Both the position numbers and the translations under genes were made by a program. A DNA stretch of 64,000 bases from Hypanus sabinus (taxonomy: Eukaryota), in assembly GCF_030144855.1 (NCBI RefSeq), contig NC_082714.1:21886001-21950000 (forward strand), in the 5' to 3' direction. Of the stretch, positions 1-13,100 are shown piece after piece; position 1 is the stretch's first letter, and each line of letters opens with the position of its first letter. The notes below the pieces were generated by a model. It was not told where the DNA came from and made no database searches. It was given only the letters and a program-made list of their open reading frames with translations.

Positions 1-840
1 GCTCTTCACATACTTGTAGAATGCCTTGGGGTTTTCCTTAATCTTGCTCACCAAGGTCTTCTCATGGCCCCTTCTGGCTCACCCAATTTCATTCTTAAAC
101 TCCTTCCTGCTGGCTTTATAATCTTCTAGATCTCTATCATTTAGTTTTTTTGAACCTTTCGTAAGCTCTTTTCTCCTTGACTAGTTTTTCAACAGCCTTG
201 GTACACCACTTCGTACAGCCTCTGTACCCTACCATCCTTTCCGTCTCATTGGAACATACCAATGCAGAACTCCACGCAAATACCCCTGAACATTTGCCAC
301 ATTTCTCTGAGAACACCTATTCCCAATTTATGCTTCTAAGTTCCTGCCTGATAGCTTCATATTTCCCCTTACTCCAATTAAACACTTCCCTAACTTTTCT
401 GTTCCTATCCCCCTCCAATGCTATGGTAAAGGAGATACAAAAAGGTAGATATCTTATTGATATCTTTCCTGTGGGTAAGTAGGCAACCAGAACTGCACAC
501 ATTTAGGTCTCAACAATGTCTTATACAACAACATCCCAAATCCTGCACTCATTGCAACACATACAAAATGTTGGAAAAACTCAGGTCAGTCAACATTTAT
601 GGAAATGAATAAACAGTTGAAGTTTCAGGTTGAGACCCTTCATCAGGACCTGTACTAGGTACATTGATTTATGAAGGCCAACTTGACAAAAGCTTTCTTT
701 ATTTCTCTGTCTATCTGTGATGCCACTTTCAAAGAATTATTGATCCCCAGATCCATCTGTTCTACCACTCTCTGCATACTCCACCCCTCCTTCCAAAGTG
801 AAACACCCTACACTTCTTTGCATTAAATTCCATTTTCTAA
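1..840 (-). mobile_element. Decayed CR1 LINE fragments (interrupted by a Penelope-derived insert)
   Basis: Minus-strand ORF2-like peptide (FTIALEGDRNRKVREVFNWSKGKY...) and CR1 3'-region nucleotide motifs shared with other copies in the window. Confidence 0.7.
556..649 (-). mobile_element. Penelope-like element 3' end with degenerate hammerhead motif
   Basis: Minus strand GTC-CTGATGA-AGGGTCTCAACCT-GAAA-CT-TC-AACTG followed by the family tail; flanked by cctgcact/cctgtact. Confidence 0.65.
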
Positions 841-1574
841 ATGCAATTTTCAAATTAAAAGTCATAAAGTTGACCAGATTTTCTCCATTTGAATTGTGAT
901 ACAATGTTGAATTTCTTTCTGAATAAACTCCTTATAAATTAAGATTTCAATGTGTCATTATTCTACAACAGCTGTAAAAAGAGTTTGCACCCCCCCCCCC
1001 CCCCCCCGCATGAACAACAGGAACTAAAAGAAAATTAGAACCAAGTTAAACATCGGTTTATGAAATTACAACTTTGTTTAACATAATTTCACAAGCAAAT
1101 TACTTGATTGCTTTGCACTAAAGATAGGATTATCCTAAATTATTGCTTCATTGTTTTGCTCCTCACAGCATATTATCTGTACAATTAAAAAAAACATTCT
1201 ATTTGAGCCAAATAAGATTGTTGGGCACTAAATTCATGCCAAACCATTGATGTGATACAGAACAAGTCCCAGGATGAAACATTTAATAAAGTTGAGCTCA
1301 TGATCTCACTTCACTGCAAAGAAATCCAACTTGATTCCTTATTTCTGTCACTTCACTGGTACTTAAACCAAAAATACACATTTCGTCTGAAGGAAGCTCC
1401 TCACTTTCATTAAGATTATTACGAAGCACACTCAGATTGACAAAAGTTTTCAAAATAAGCCTCACAGCCAGTTTTGAACTAACATTCAATTCATCAATTT
1501 GAACACACAGATCCCAAATCAGGGTGCTGTTGCCTACCTCCCTATTTAAAATGTAACTTGCTGTTAGGAGCAGC

Positions 1575-1720
1575 CCTATGGCACTGCCTCTCAGCACTAC
1601 AGATCTAGGTTCAATCCCAGCTTCAGGTACTATTTACATGAATTTGCATGTTCTCTCTTGATTCCCAAGGGTTTTGCTTAATTCCATCCCCTTCCCCCAC
1701 CATATTCCAAGACAAATGGC
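1575..1720 (+). mobile_element. tRNA-derived V-SINE-like fragment
   Basis: B-box-like ggttcaatccc followed by the core tttgcatgttctc. Confidence 0.5.
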
Positions 1721-3442
1721 ATTCCAAAGCCAAAGAATGATGGAAGATTGAAACTTACAACTTTTTTTAATGGATTATAAGACTTGTATTAGGTGTGGTC
1801 TCCTTGTTGTTTAGAATGGAGGAGTGGGGGAAGTCACATCTCAGGTTGGGGTGAGATTTAGGACTGAGCTAAGAAGAATTTATTTCAGAGTACTGAGCCT
1901 GTGAAATCCTTCACCACAGAGGGCTTTAACAGCTAAGTTTCTGAATATTTTAGATTTATGCAAAAGGCATCACTGAGTTGTGAGAATATGGCATTGAAAT
2001 GTCTGATTTAACCAATTGCAGTTAATGGCAGAATAGTCTTGATAAGCCATTTGGCCATTCTGTGCTTTTATTTTCTATGTTTTTTTATGTTTACATTTTA
2101 GGAAGTAAAAACAAAGTCAAGGAAATGCTCTGCTAGTTGTGTAGTATCTATGGAAAGAGAAACAATTAGTGCTTCACTCAGAAGACTGGGAAATACAAGA
2201 AGAAATCGGGATTATTGAAGTAATCCTGTTTACTGTGCATGGAGCAGTCTGGTTAATAGATTGTTGAGGACAGTTGGAGAAAGTAAAAAAATCAAAGGAT
2301 GTGTGACAAAGATGAAGATTGAAGCTGTTGTCAAAATGGAACCAGAAGGAGAATTGTAGAAAGGATCACGCCAAAATTGCTTGTGGAGAGAGAACACAAG
2401 TTAATACTAAGCAAAACTGTTTAGCTGCACCACGAAAAAAATGCAAGAAATCTGAATTTGTTTAAACTGATAATGCAACATGCTCAAGCAGATGAGAAAC
2501 CCATTTCTCAGTTTTGGTCCTTGGTTGAAGTGTGCCAAAGACAATTCAGAGTGAAGGTAAGATAGGGAACAAAAATAACACAGACCGTCAAGGAGTCTTT
2601 ATAAAAAGTACGTTACAGTGCCAAGCACTAGTGACAAGAATGCAACTACCTGTCTGCTTAAATGATAACACCTAAAATATAAAATAATTTTTGTTAAAGC
2701 TAAATTTTTAAAAAGTTATAATTCAAAATACTTAGTAAATTTTCAAAGTACTGTACATATATACGTTAATCCGTTGCCACAACATTTAAGCCAAGGAAAC
2801 CGTCAGAAAAATACAATGCCTTAAAAGTTTAAATGCCTTTTCCTCGATATATAGCCATTGTTGTCCGTTAATAATTTGAGTATCAGTGTAATCAGAAAAA
2901 CAACTCCATAGCATCTTAAAAGCGTTGTGAACGATTGCAAAACGAAACTATTGTATGATGCTGGGTTAGTCGAAGACGAAGGAGGCGATAGATTATGTTT
3001 AAATTAACACCGTCAATACACAGGTTTGAAGTTATGTAATAACAGAGTGAGCGCTACAGATCGATCACCGATTGAAAGTTTATAGCTCAGAAATCCGACT
3101 TAACGGGGAGCTGAAACAGGACAACCAATGGACTATGATTTCCTATTTAGGTCGCACGCCTGCCATATCAGTGCGTACCATCTACTCTTCTAACTGAAAA
3201 TATTGACAGCACAGGAAGATCACATTGCGGAAGATCACCGCAACTAAAAGCATAACTGGGCTAATTTTACGCATCGACCGGAAAGCTCATGGAAGTTTCC
3301 ACTCCATTAAGTGATTGATTTATTAAAATACTTGATTTACTGCCTTCATAATAGGGGTCGGGAATGGGATGGCTCCTGGTTGAACCCAAGTCCTATACTT
3401 TTAAGCGCAACTCTGTTGGCTTGAATGCCAACCTTTGCTTAC

Positions 3443-3664
3443 CTTTCGCACTCGCATTAACTCGGGGTAATAAAACTCGGGGCAACTCTTCTCGCTTGAC
3501 TCAAAGAGAGCCAACGTGTGTCGTGACGTGATGGTGGATATTCCACCTTTTTTCACATTTCCCCCCTCTTCTTCCTCCTCCTCTTCGTCCTCTTCTTTCT
3601 TTTTCTTCAACAGAGGAGCCGAGACGGGAAGCGTAGTCAGAGAGACCCGCCGCGGTTCGGCCAT
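3443..3664 (-). CDS. UBN1: Ubinuclein-1 (HIRA-complex histone H3.3 chaperone subunit), first coding exon; the gene continues off the left edge
   Basis: ATG at 3664 (aacATGg). Translates MAEPRRVSLTTLP...HTLALFESSEKSCPEFYYPELMRVRK, matching the UBN1 N-terminus (human MSEPHRVQFTSLP...[21 protein letters not shown]). Donor AAG|GTAAGC after 3443 (222 nt, phase 0). Head-to-head with GLYR1 as in mammals. Confidence 0.92.
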
Positions 3665-4100
3665 GTTATTAGACCCACAAGCTTCTCCCTTCACGCTTTA
3701 TCGCTATTTCCCGCCCGTCCCTTTCGTTCGCCTGCCGCCCACGGCACTGCTGGTGGCGACAAATGAACTCGAAACGATCACAATCTCCCTCAACGGTAAC
3801 AAAAACAAACCCCACAAACTTCGGCCGCCGCCATCTTCCCGACCTGCGCGCCGCCGTGCGCGTGCGCGCCCGTCGACACCGGAGGGAATATTTTCAAAGG
3901 CTTCGGGGGTAATTATTTTCTCCAGGGGACCCGCATCATTCTACGACGGTTCAACCTGGGCCAACCCAAGCCTTGGCAGGTATTTGTAATGCCACTGAAA
4001 GTAAATTAGTCGGGATTAGCGTTGACCTTTAACCCCGAGTCCGGAGCACGTGGGAGGGTGGGGGCTGTCGCTTCCCGGCGGGCGATGGACTGTGAGTAAG
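3665..4100. promoter_or_regulatory. CpG-rich bidirectional promoter / 5'UTRs shared by UBN1 and GLYR1
   Basis: 436 bp between divergent ATGs, with high CpG density against an AT-rich background. YY1-type CCGCCATCTT (3828-3837), NRF1-like TGCGCGTGCGC (3857-3867), E-box CACGTG (4047-4052), YY1-like AAGATGGCG overlapping the GLYR1 ATG (4098-4106). Confidence 0.8.
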
Positions 4101-4138
4101 ATGGCGACAGCGAGTTTACGGGTAGGAGACTTGGTTTG
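4101..4138 (+). CDS. GLYR1: GLYR1 exon 1 ([13 protein letters not shown])
   Basis: aagATGg start; donor TG|GTGAGT; matches human MAAVSLRLGDLVW. Confidence 0.95.
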
Positions 4139-7100
4139 GTGAGTGACGGCTATCTTCTCACTGTAGAGGGCGTTTATTAGAGCAGTGTCAAATGATTTTA
4201 TTCTTCAGAAGTGTCACATTCTATTTTATACATGCTTTCTTCTGCTTTCCTTTTCTAGGGGGAAGCTGGGTAGATATCCGCCTTGGCCCGGAAAGGTGAG
4301 TCAGTAACACAAAGTGAAGAACGTTTGATATGTGTCTGGAAATTGAAACGCGAATAACGAGATCTTAGATTTCCAGATGAGGAGTGCTCAAATCGGGAAA
4401 GAAAAAATGGTTTTGTGTTAGGAACCAATGGGTGTACTGATTTGGATGAACCTTTTCACTGAATGAGGAAATCATTAAGCTACTACAGAAAATACTGGGA
4501 ATAATAGGTCATGTAGTATGGAGATGATCTTTTATGAGAACGAAATCATTTTGTTGTTCAGTTGGTTCTACAACATAGACTTTAGGGAATATCAAACCTT
4601 ATTTTTTCTTTGAAGAGATTTAATGTGCTTTCAGTGATTTTTTAAAAATGATTTGAACGCTTTGCTATTAGAATGTAATTGAAACGTAGATGTCATTTGA
4701 ATATGGATGCACAAAAGTTGGTCTGCGCATTCCTTGGCTATGTTGGTTGCACAATATTGCTTTTTTGTCCCTTTTGTATTAACTATTTTATTAACTTCGT
4801 GTTCCTCGCTTTCAATGATTTTGGTTTTTTTTGTGCAAAAACAATCAAAATTATTTGAGCTCTGAAACTGATTGTTAATCTCAGCAACAAGAAGGGAATC
4901 AACTGAACCTTGAAGGTAATGGAGAAAAACTCGAAGCTATTGACTGAGCAAATTTTGACCTATTGCAACATTGACTGAAGCATATGTGATGTGGCTTCAA
5001 AAGGGAACATAAATGTTTAAACTAGGAATACATTGATGCAAGAAGTTCTAGAACATAATGTTTTGGCTTCTGATCTCTATTGGGTATCTTGGGGGCGTGT
5101 TTGTTCCTTTATTTGCTGTTAAAGGTTATCAGCTGGGATTTGGAATGAAGTAAAAAATTATGAATGCTTCTAAATGCTCAAAGTTAACAGTAAGGAATAT
5201 GTAAATAGAACTACTTTTTGTTATTGTGCATGAAACCTGGTTACAACACAAATATTTGATCAGTGAAACCACAAATTTGTCCCAGATGATCTTATGACGG
5301 AAAGAAATGTTGCCTATATGAATTTTTTAATAATATACTACAACTGTGTCTTTTTCCCTGTTTTGACAAATCTATTTGACTCCTCTTCCAGCCCACATTG
5401 TGTTAGTGTAGGGTTAATGCCCACCAGCAAGGAAAGGAAGAAATGGACCTGTAAGTTAATGGGGGTGAAGTATGGAGAACTATAGTGAGCAATTTCTGTT
5501 CAGTTGCAACAATGGCAATCTGAAGTAGGAGATACAAAGCAATTGTGTCATGGCTTTAGAAAGAAACATGACTAAATATTTAAGCAATACTTGTGTTGTA
5601 AATAACGGTAGATCAATTTTGCAGTAAGTATTCCCAAGCTGAAAATTATGAGTTGTGTGAATTAGTGATAATTACTAATGCATTTGTTATAGGTATAACT
5701 AAATAAGTTTTAGAAAAATGTGATCCCGAAAGTGATTATTGATTAAGTTGGATTGGAAAATGTATTGACATTATGTAAAAGAAATTTGGCTGTTTTGAAT
5801 CTAGCCTTTTATATATTGCATGATGCAGAATATAGTTGTGAAGCTATTGTGTTGCAGTAAATATTCTACATCCGATTATAAATATGGACATGCTATAAAT
5901 TAATTTCAAATTGTCGTAAAGATATTGAGATATTTCTCTGTTTTTGTAAATTGTATCAGCTGTAAGTTCTGATAGATTTACTTTCTCCCTTTTGTGGACA
6001 TTTTTTCATTCTTTATAACCAATTTACAATGTTTGATCTTTTTATTTGCTTCAAGATTGTAAATCCACCAAAAGACCTAAAGAAACCACGGGGAAAGAAG
6101 TGCTTCTTTGTAAAATTCTTTGGAACAGAAGATCAGTAAGTAATTGCATTTTTTTAAACAGGTGTTTTAAAAAAACCTTAGTGTGTTTTTTTTTTCAAAA
6201 TGCGATTCGCTAGGTTAACTGGGTCATTTTAAAGGGTAATACTTGAAGAAATGCTCTTAAAGTGTACCTTTAAAGAATTCTATTGGTTTGTGCTTCTCTG
6301 TTTTGTTTAACAAGATTAACTTTATTTAAATATTTTTTTAAATTTTTGTTGTAATTTTTACATGCCTGTACCTAGATTTTTTTTCAAAGTTGTGCTTTGA
6401 GAAATTATCCTTCAGCTGCATAACAAGTTCACTCATGAAAGCACTTCATGTAGATATTTTGGTTTATTTCGGCACTCACAGGTTATAGAGACAAGTGTAG
6501 TCTTGTGAAATTCACACAGTTTTGTTAAATTCACAAAGTGCTTCAGTGTCTTAGACTGAACATTGTAATCCTACCCTCAACACTCCAGGAAAAATCTCTT
6601 GTTCTTCTTAAGCCCATCACCCCAACTGGGGCATAGGCTGCTAGAGTCCTCCGTCCTGGACCAGTGTTTTAAGTTACCCCCAGGTGTAACTTATCTTCGA
6701 GGATCCTTCTTCGCCCAGGGATGAGATCTTGGAGGTTTTGTTGTGTTTCTCTAGCACTAATGTTTTTATGGAATGGCGTTGGTAGCCAGCCCCATGTCTA
6801 ACCTTCCTCCTTTCACAGCTTGGGACTGTCCTTGACAGTGTTATTGATCTCTTGTTGCTTTATGGTTATTCCTCCATTACATCTGAATTGATTGATTATG
6901 CTTGTTATAATTCTGGATAACTTCAGCATTCATAACTGCTGCACCAAAACCTAGAGACTCACTTTTAAGGACTACAACTATTCTCTTAAGCTGTATTTAT
7001 TTACATTTTTGTTATTTATTACTGGCATGATCTGTCTGCTTTTGCACATCAGATGTTTGACAGTCTTTGTTATGTACAGTTTTTCATATTTCTGTATTTT

Positions 7101-10100
7101 CTCCTAAATGCCTGCAAGAAAATGAATCTCCAGGCAGTATATGGCAACATATACATACTTTTTGGCAAAATTTCAGGTGGTGACAAGGGGGTGGACAGGT
7201 GTGAGATAGATCAGCTAGTTGAGTGGTGTCACAACAGCTTCGCACTCCATATCAGTAAAACCAAAGACCTTGGACTTCAGGAAAGGGAAGTCAAAGGTAC
7301 ACATACCGTTCCTCGTTGAGGGATCAGCAGTGGAAAAGGTAAACAGTTTCAAGTTCCTGGGTGTCAACATCTCTGAAGATCTATCATGGGCTCAACATAT
7401 TGATGCAATTACAAAGAAGTCACAACAGTAGCTGTATTTCACTAGGAGTTTGAGGATAATTGATATTCACCAAGGACACTTGCAGATTTCTGCAGATGTG
7501 CCATGCAGGGCATTCAAGCTAGTTGCATCACCATCTGGTATGGAGGTGCCACTGCACAGGATTGGAAAATGTTGCACTAAGTTGCAAACTCAACCAGCTA
7601 TATCGGGCTCAAGCTTCCCCCGGCTTCAAGGACATTTTCAAATGACAATGCCTAAAAAAGTTATTATGGACCCCATCACCCAGGACGTGCCCTTTTCTCA
7701 TTGCTACCATCAAGGAGGAGGTACGGGCACCTGAAGACAGGCTCAGTGTTTAAGGAACAGCTTTGTCCTTTCTGCCGTCAGATTTCTGAATGGATAATGA
7801 ACCCCCATGTACACTAACTCATTATTTTTTCTCTCTTTTTGTACTACACATTTATTTTAATTTTTATGTATATTTATTATAATTTAGTTTTATTTAAATG
7901 TATTATTACTGCCACATAACATGTTTCACATGTGCCAGTGATATTAAACATGATTCTTTGATAATGAATCTACTTTAAAATCTACCTTGAACTTTATCTT
8001 TGTTTTTTTCCTGAAATTTTATACGTGGAAGTCATAATCCGTAGCTAATTGTATTAGTCTGATGTAGTAGCAGTGACTGAGAGAGTTGTGTGTTCTATCA
8101 AGACACACTAAATGCCAATGTATGTTGCTAATGACAGATCTCAGAATTGGTAACAATTTTAGACAAACCTTTTACAGAAATTCAAAGTATATGATTCTGG
8201 AAACTGATTAAATTTTGTTCCAGTGCATGGATCAAAGTCGACCAACTTAAGTCCTACCATCTTCACAAGGAGGAAATGATAAAAATTACGAAAGGGAAAC
8301 GTTTTCAACAGGCAGTGGATGCAGTTGAAGAATTCATTAAATCCAAGGTAAGGTAATGTAGTATATCTGGTGAATTAAAACATTTGTGCTTCCTGTTTGG
8401 TTTGAGAGGATAGCCAGAGAATCATAAGATACAGTTATAGGGAAGTTCAATGTAACTGGCAACTAATTTCTATCCACATGGGCCTGTTTCTATTACTTAA
8501 TTAGGAAATGCTATTTTCAGTGTTGCTGGTTTTTGAGTTTCTCAAATATTTATATGTCTGCAGGGTGCTGATGCTTCTTCATACCCACTTCATACATGTA
8601 ATTAGAAGCAGGAATAGAACGAGTCCTTGAAGTCTGCTTTGCAATTTTTTAAGATCATGGCTGGAGACTAAAGCCAACTGTTCTGCTCAATCTCTGTATT
8701 CATCAATTTCAAAATCTATCTCTTAAAGCTTTCTGGAGGGTTTTACAGGCCTGGGATCAAGGAAATAATGCCATCTCAGATTATCATCCCCTTATTCTAA
8801 AATTGCTCTTTAATATTCATCATCTGGAGGAAATTAACTCTCCTTTTTCTCTTTCAACTCAAAATAATAAATAACTTAAAATGTTATCCCTTTGTAAACA
8901 TTCATACTCAATCATTCATGGAGCACTCTTCTTGATACAGGAATTTACAGTGGTCTTCAAGACAGCAGGTGTTTTGACACAGTGGAGAGTAGAATTAAAA
9001 GTAATCATGTATTTATTTAGAGATATAGTGCGGAATAGGTCCTTCCAGTCAAACGAGCTGCCCAGCAGCTCAGCTATTTAATCCTAACCTAATTATAGGA
9101 CAAAACCGGCTGGTGGTGGTATGCCATCCACACTGGATATTGAGGTGAGTGGTCCCGGGTATGAATCCGGCTGGTTTCTTGCATTGTGCTGGGTTGAGCA
9201 TTGAGCTCGCAACTCGGCCTCATTTAAAAACAGACAGATTGCCAAAGAAACGGCAAGGTTACCACCTGATGCGCCACAAAGCATGGAGAGGGTGAAAAAA
9301 ATCATAGGGCAGTTTACAATGATCAGTTAACCTACTAACCAGTACGTCTTTGGACTGTGGGAGGGAACCAGAACACACAGATGAAATCCTTATGTCAGTG
9401 ACAAAACATGCAAGTTCCTTTTCAGATGGTGCCAGTATTCAACTCTGAATTTTGACACCCTAAGCTGTAATAATGTCGTGCTAACTGATATGCTACTGTG
9501 GTGCTCTTACAGTGATGGTCTTCATGACAGCATTTTTTTTGATACAGTGGGTAGAAATGCAAGGAATGTGCATTTCCTTGGTGAGGTGATATAGCAAAAT
9601 TGCCTGGGCCTGTAAAATTTGTTTATTCCACTGCTACTCTCTTTCCCTCTACTGCCCTCACGGGTAAAGAATTTCAAAGATTCAGCATTCACTGGTTGGT
9701 GAAATTTCTTTACATGCCTGACTTGATGGATGAGCTGTTATTTCGAGACAAATCCCTATTTCTGGCTCCGAGCCTCAGGAATGTCAACTCAGTATCAATA
9801 CTGTCAAGTCTAATAAGAAGTTTATTTCTTCTTTAAGATCACTTCATTTTTCTGACTAAAATGGGAATAATTGAGGTTGATAACCTGTGGTTTTCCACCA
9901 ATCACAGTCTTCCATCCCAAAAGTAACATGTTTGCTCTTGATGAATTCCGTTACTTGGCATTGGTTGGACACTGGCATGTGCCATTATAAAGGAGGGATT
10001 AGTTACACAAAGGATTGAAAAGTGTCAGATGGAACCTAAGAAAAATAATATTTATGTATAAGATGTCAAATTAGAAAAAGTTTATTTGTTTTGAGGCATA

Positions 10101-13100
10101 AAAGGTTAAAATGTGTTGAATAAAATTCATACTCTGCAATTGCAGATATATGGATTTATGTAAGCAGGTATAGATTGGTCGGACTGGAAAATTGTGAAAG
10201 AAGAAAAGAGCTGGTTCCCAATATTAAGGCAGGTGATGCGGAAGAGCTGCTAACCCTTGTTTTGCAATTGCCTGCTTTGGCTGGGAGTCTGGTTCCCAAC
10301 TGATTGGAGAGATCCAAGACAGAACAGAACCAGCAGTGACTTACTTTGCTGCCAGAATTTTGCCCTGCCGGCTGTTGAACCTGTTGCAAAATGGAATGCT
10401 TCTGAATGTCTGGTGTTCAAAAGTATTCGAATAGTTGAGTAATTTTATAAACTAAATAGATTTTAAAATTAGAATGCTAACATTTGTACAGACAAAGTTT
10501 ACTTTATTTGAAGTTTTATTTAAACCAGGTAAGTTTGTTCTCATTCCTTTTAGCTTAGACTAGCGCATGCTTGTGGCAGATGGTATGAAAATTAGCTGAA
10601 TTTTAAGTAAGGAGGAGTAACTGGTAGTGTGGGGGGTATGCAAGGGCTAGTGGGAAGATTATGTGAGTGAAAGGGAATGCAGAGAATGTATTACAGAGAA
10701 ATCTAGAAGGATATAATTGAATAGATACATGAAATAGGACATCTTGAGAAAGCAATTAAACTTTTGGAAATGTTTCATAAATAAAGGCATTGGGTGCAAA
10801 AAAGTACGGAGTTAATTATGAACTTAATAGGCTACAGCTAAGTCTTACTGTAAGTTCTGGCCACGGCATTTTAGGGAATGCAGGTCCTGAAGAAAATGAT
10901 TTGGAATGACTCCAGGATAATGGGTTTTGAATCAGAAGATTGTCTAGAGCATGGTTACATGGCCACCCCTTGCTTCTTTAAACCCCACCCCTAATAAAAA
11001 GATACATAATGATTACCTTTACTGCCAAATGAAGCAGCGTGCGACTTGTTTACAACCTGAGAGCAATGAGATGTTTTCACAGGAAATGTCTCGTGTTAGC
11101 TTGGCGCCAGCTTGATGAAAACATGTGATGTTGGATGATAGGTTTTGAAATCCTTTCAGACCTGGTGTACACAAGTATTTAGAAAATAAATGTTATATTA
11201 TTAATATATATGTTAATTTTCTTTTAAAAACTTAATATTTTAATGCAGATTTTCTAAAATGCTTCATTTATTTCAATTTGTTTCTGTTATAATTTTATTA
11301 ATAGTAAAACAATGTAAATAAGCAACATTCCTTTTTCCTTAAAGTCCATAATTATGATTAATAATTCATTAATAATTGATTATCTGCTCAAAATTATTAT
11401 GGCACAAGAGAGAATTTTTTAGAAGATTATTGCCAATTTAGGCACATGCACTCAAAAATGTTTGTCGCTGTTTGTCGAGAAAATCTTAGGTTATTTTCCT
11501 TGGAGAAGTCTGAGGTAATTTATCTGCTATATATTAGGTCTGAACTGACTTGGATAAGAATTGGTGGGGGGAAGACTGTTCCCATTAGCTAGGCAGATGA
11601 GGTCAAGTGAGCAAAGGAACTGAAGTTTTGAATGCATTTTCTCCCATTTAAGGTGATTGGCAGAAGTCTGTAGCTGTGTTCAAAAGAAAACTTTATGCAG
11701 ATTGTAGGCATCACGTGGAATTGACTGCCTCAATAGCAGGCTTTGTCTCTTGTTAGCTATTCCCATTTCCTTCACTACCATGTGCTACTAATTCCTTTCT
11801 TTTTTTCCCTCGGACTTTGTTCTTAAAATCGGCTTACTTTTAAAATGGATTTGGCAAATAAAATAGTTTACCACGCTCTGCCTCAGTTGTATTAAAATTT
11901 AAGGTTTTGTTTCACAGCAGTACCTACTGAGCATTATCCTTTTATATCTCAGGTATGTTGTTGATCAAATCAGTGAGCAATAGAATTGTTGATTGATAAC
12001 TTAGCTGACTTAAAACATAAAACACTACGGCACAGTACAGACTCTTTGACCCATGATGTTGTGCTGACCTTTTAACCTACACTAAGATCAATCTAATCCT
12101 TCCCACTTACATAGGCTTCCATTTTTCTACCATCCATATTCCAATCTAAGGGTCTCTTAAATGTCCCTAATGCATCTGCCTCTACCACAATGCCCAGCAG
12201 TGTGTTCCACATACCTTTAAAAAAAAACAACCCTACCTCTGGCATCTCCCCACCTATATTTTCGGCATTCACTTTAAAATTATGCCCCCTCATATGTCAT
12301 TTTCACCCAGCAACGTCTCTAGCTATCTGTTCAATCTATGCCTCATATAATCTTGTACACCTCTATTAAGACTTTTCTGCTTGATCATTTTTTATTATGC
12401 ATATTATAACAGTCAAATCTTTCTAATTGTGAACCTGTATAAACCTGTATTTCTGAGGTATGTTAACTTTAGTAACCAAGTAACTAGTATGCTGGTATTT
12501 TAAATAAAATTCAATGTATTTGAAACCACGGTAGCCATAACAATATGGTAAATTCTGACTCTGTGCTGTACAATTCACAAAGTAACTATGTGAAAAATAA
12601 ATCATCTTAGTGTTCCGTCAGCTTTTTGAAATTGACAGCCATTTGCCCAATTTGTAACAACAGAAATTTTCTGTTTTACCTTCATCTGATCTGTTTTCTT
12701 CCTCCTTGCTCTTGGTATAAATCATTTAGTTATTTCCCACATGTCCAGTGTCTCTAAAGTGAGTATATCCCTCCCTGAGGACTAAATTGTGAGTTCGTGT
12801 GCACAATATCTGATTTAATTTTGCTTTGTGATTTAATAGAATTGCATCATTGTAGTTAGTTTGCTAAATTGACATGTAATCTTTATGTAAAAAAAACTCT
12901 CTTCAAAATATAACTTGTTATTTGTAGTGTGAATACAAATCTTTCTAAAATAACAAATACCATATTTTCTTTGAGAGAATTTTATTTTCTATGATCTGAA
13001 TACCTTTTGGAATTGTTAATATCTGTATTAAGCTTGACTTAATGCTGATGGAGAACCTTAAAGATAACTATTTTAAGCTCTAGTTTTGAAAGCATGACTG

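Noticed and set aside
1298-1597. Minus-strand 99-aa ORF as the next UBN1 exon
   Set aside because: No similarity to the expected next UBN1 segment (DPFNDEE...LARKFEEKY); overlaps a SINE fragment.
3516-3989. 157-aa plus-strand ORF, the longest in the track
   Set aside because: Antisense shadow of the UBN1 exon and the GC-rich promoter; its poly-Ser/Phe tract mirrors the UBN1 poly-Glu/Lys tract; non-ATG start.
9108-9180. Possible tRNA gene
   Set aside because: Degenerate A/B boxes without a full cloverleaf; it is a SINE head flanked by a TSD.
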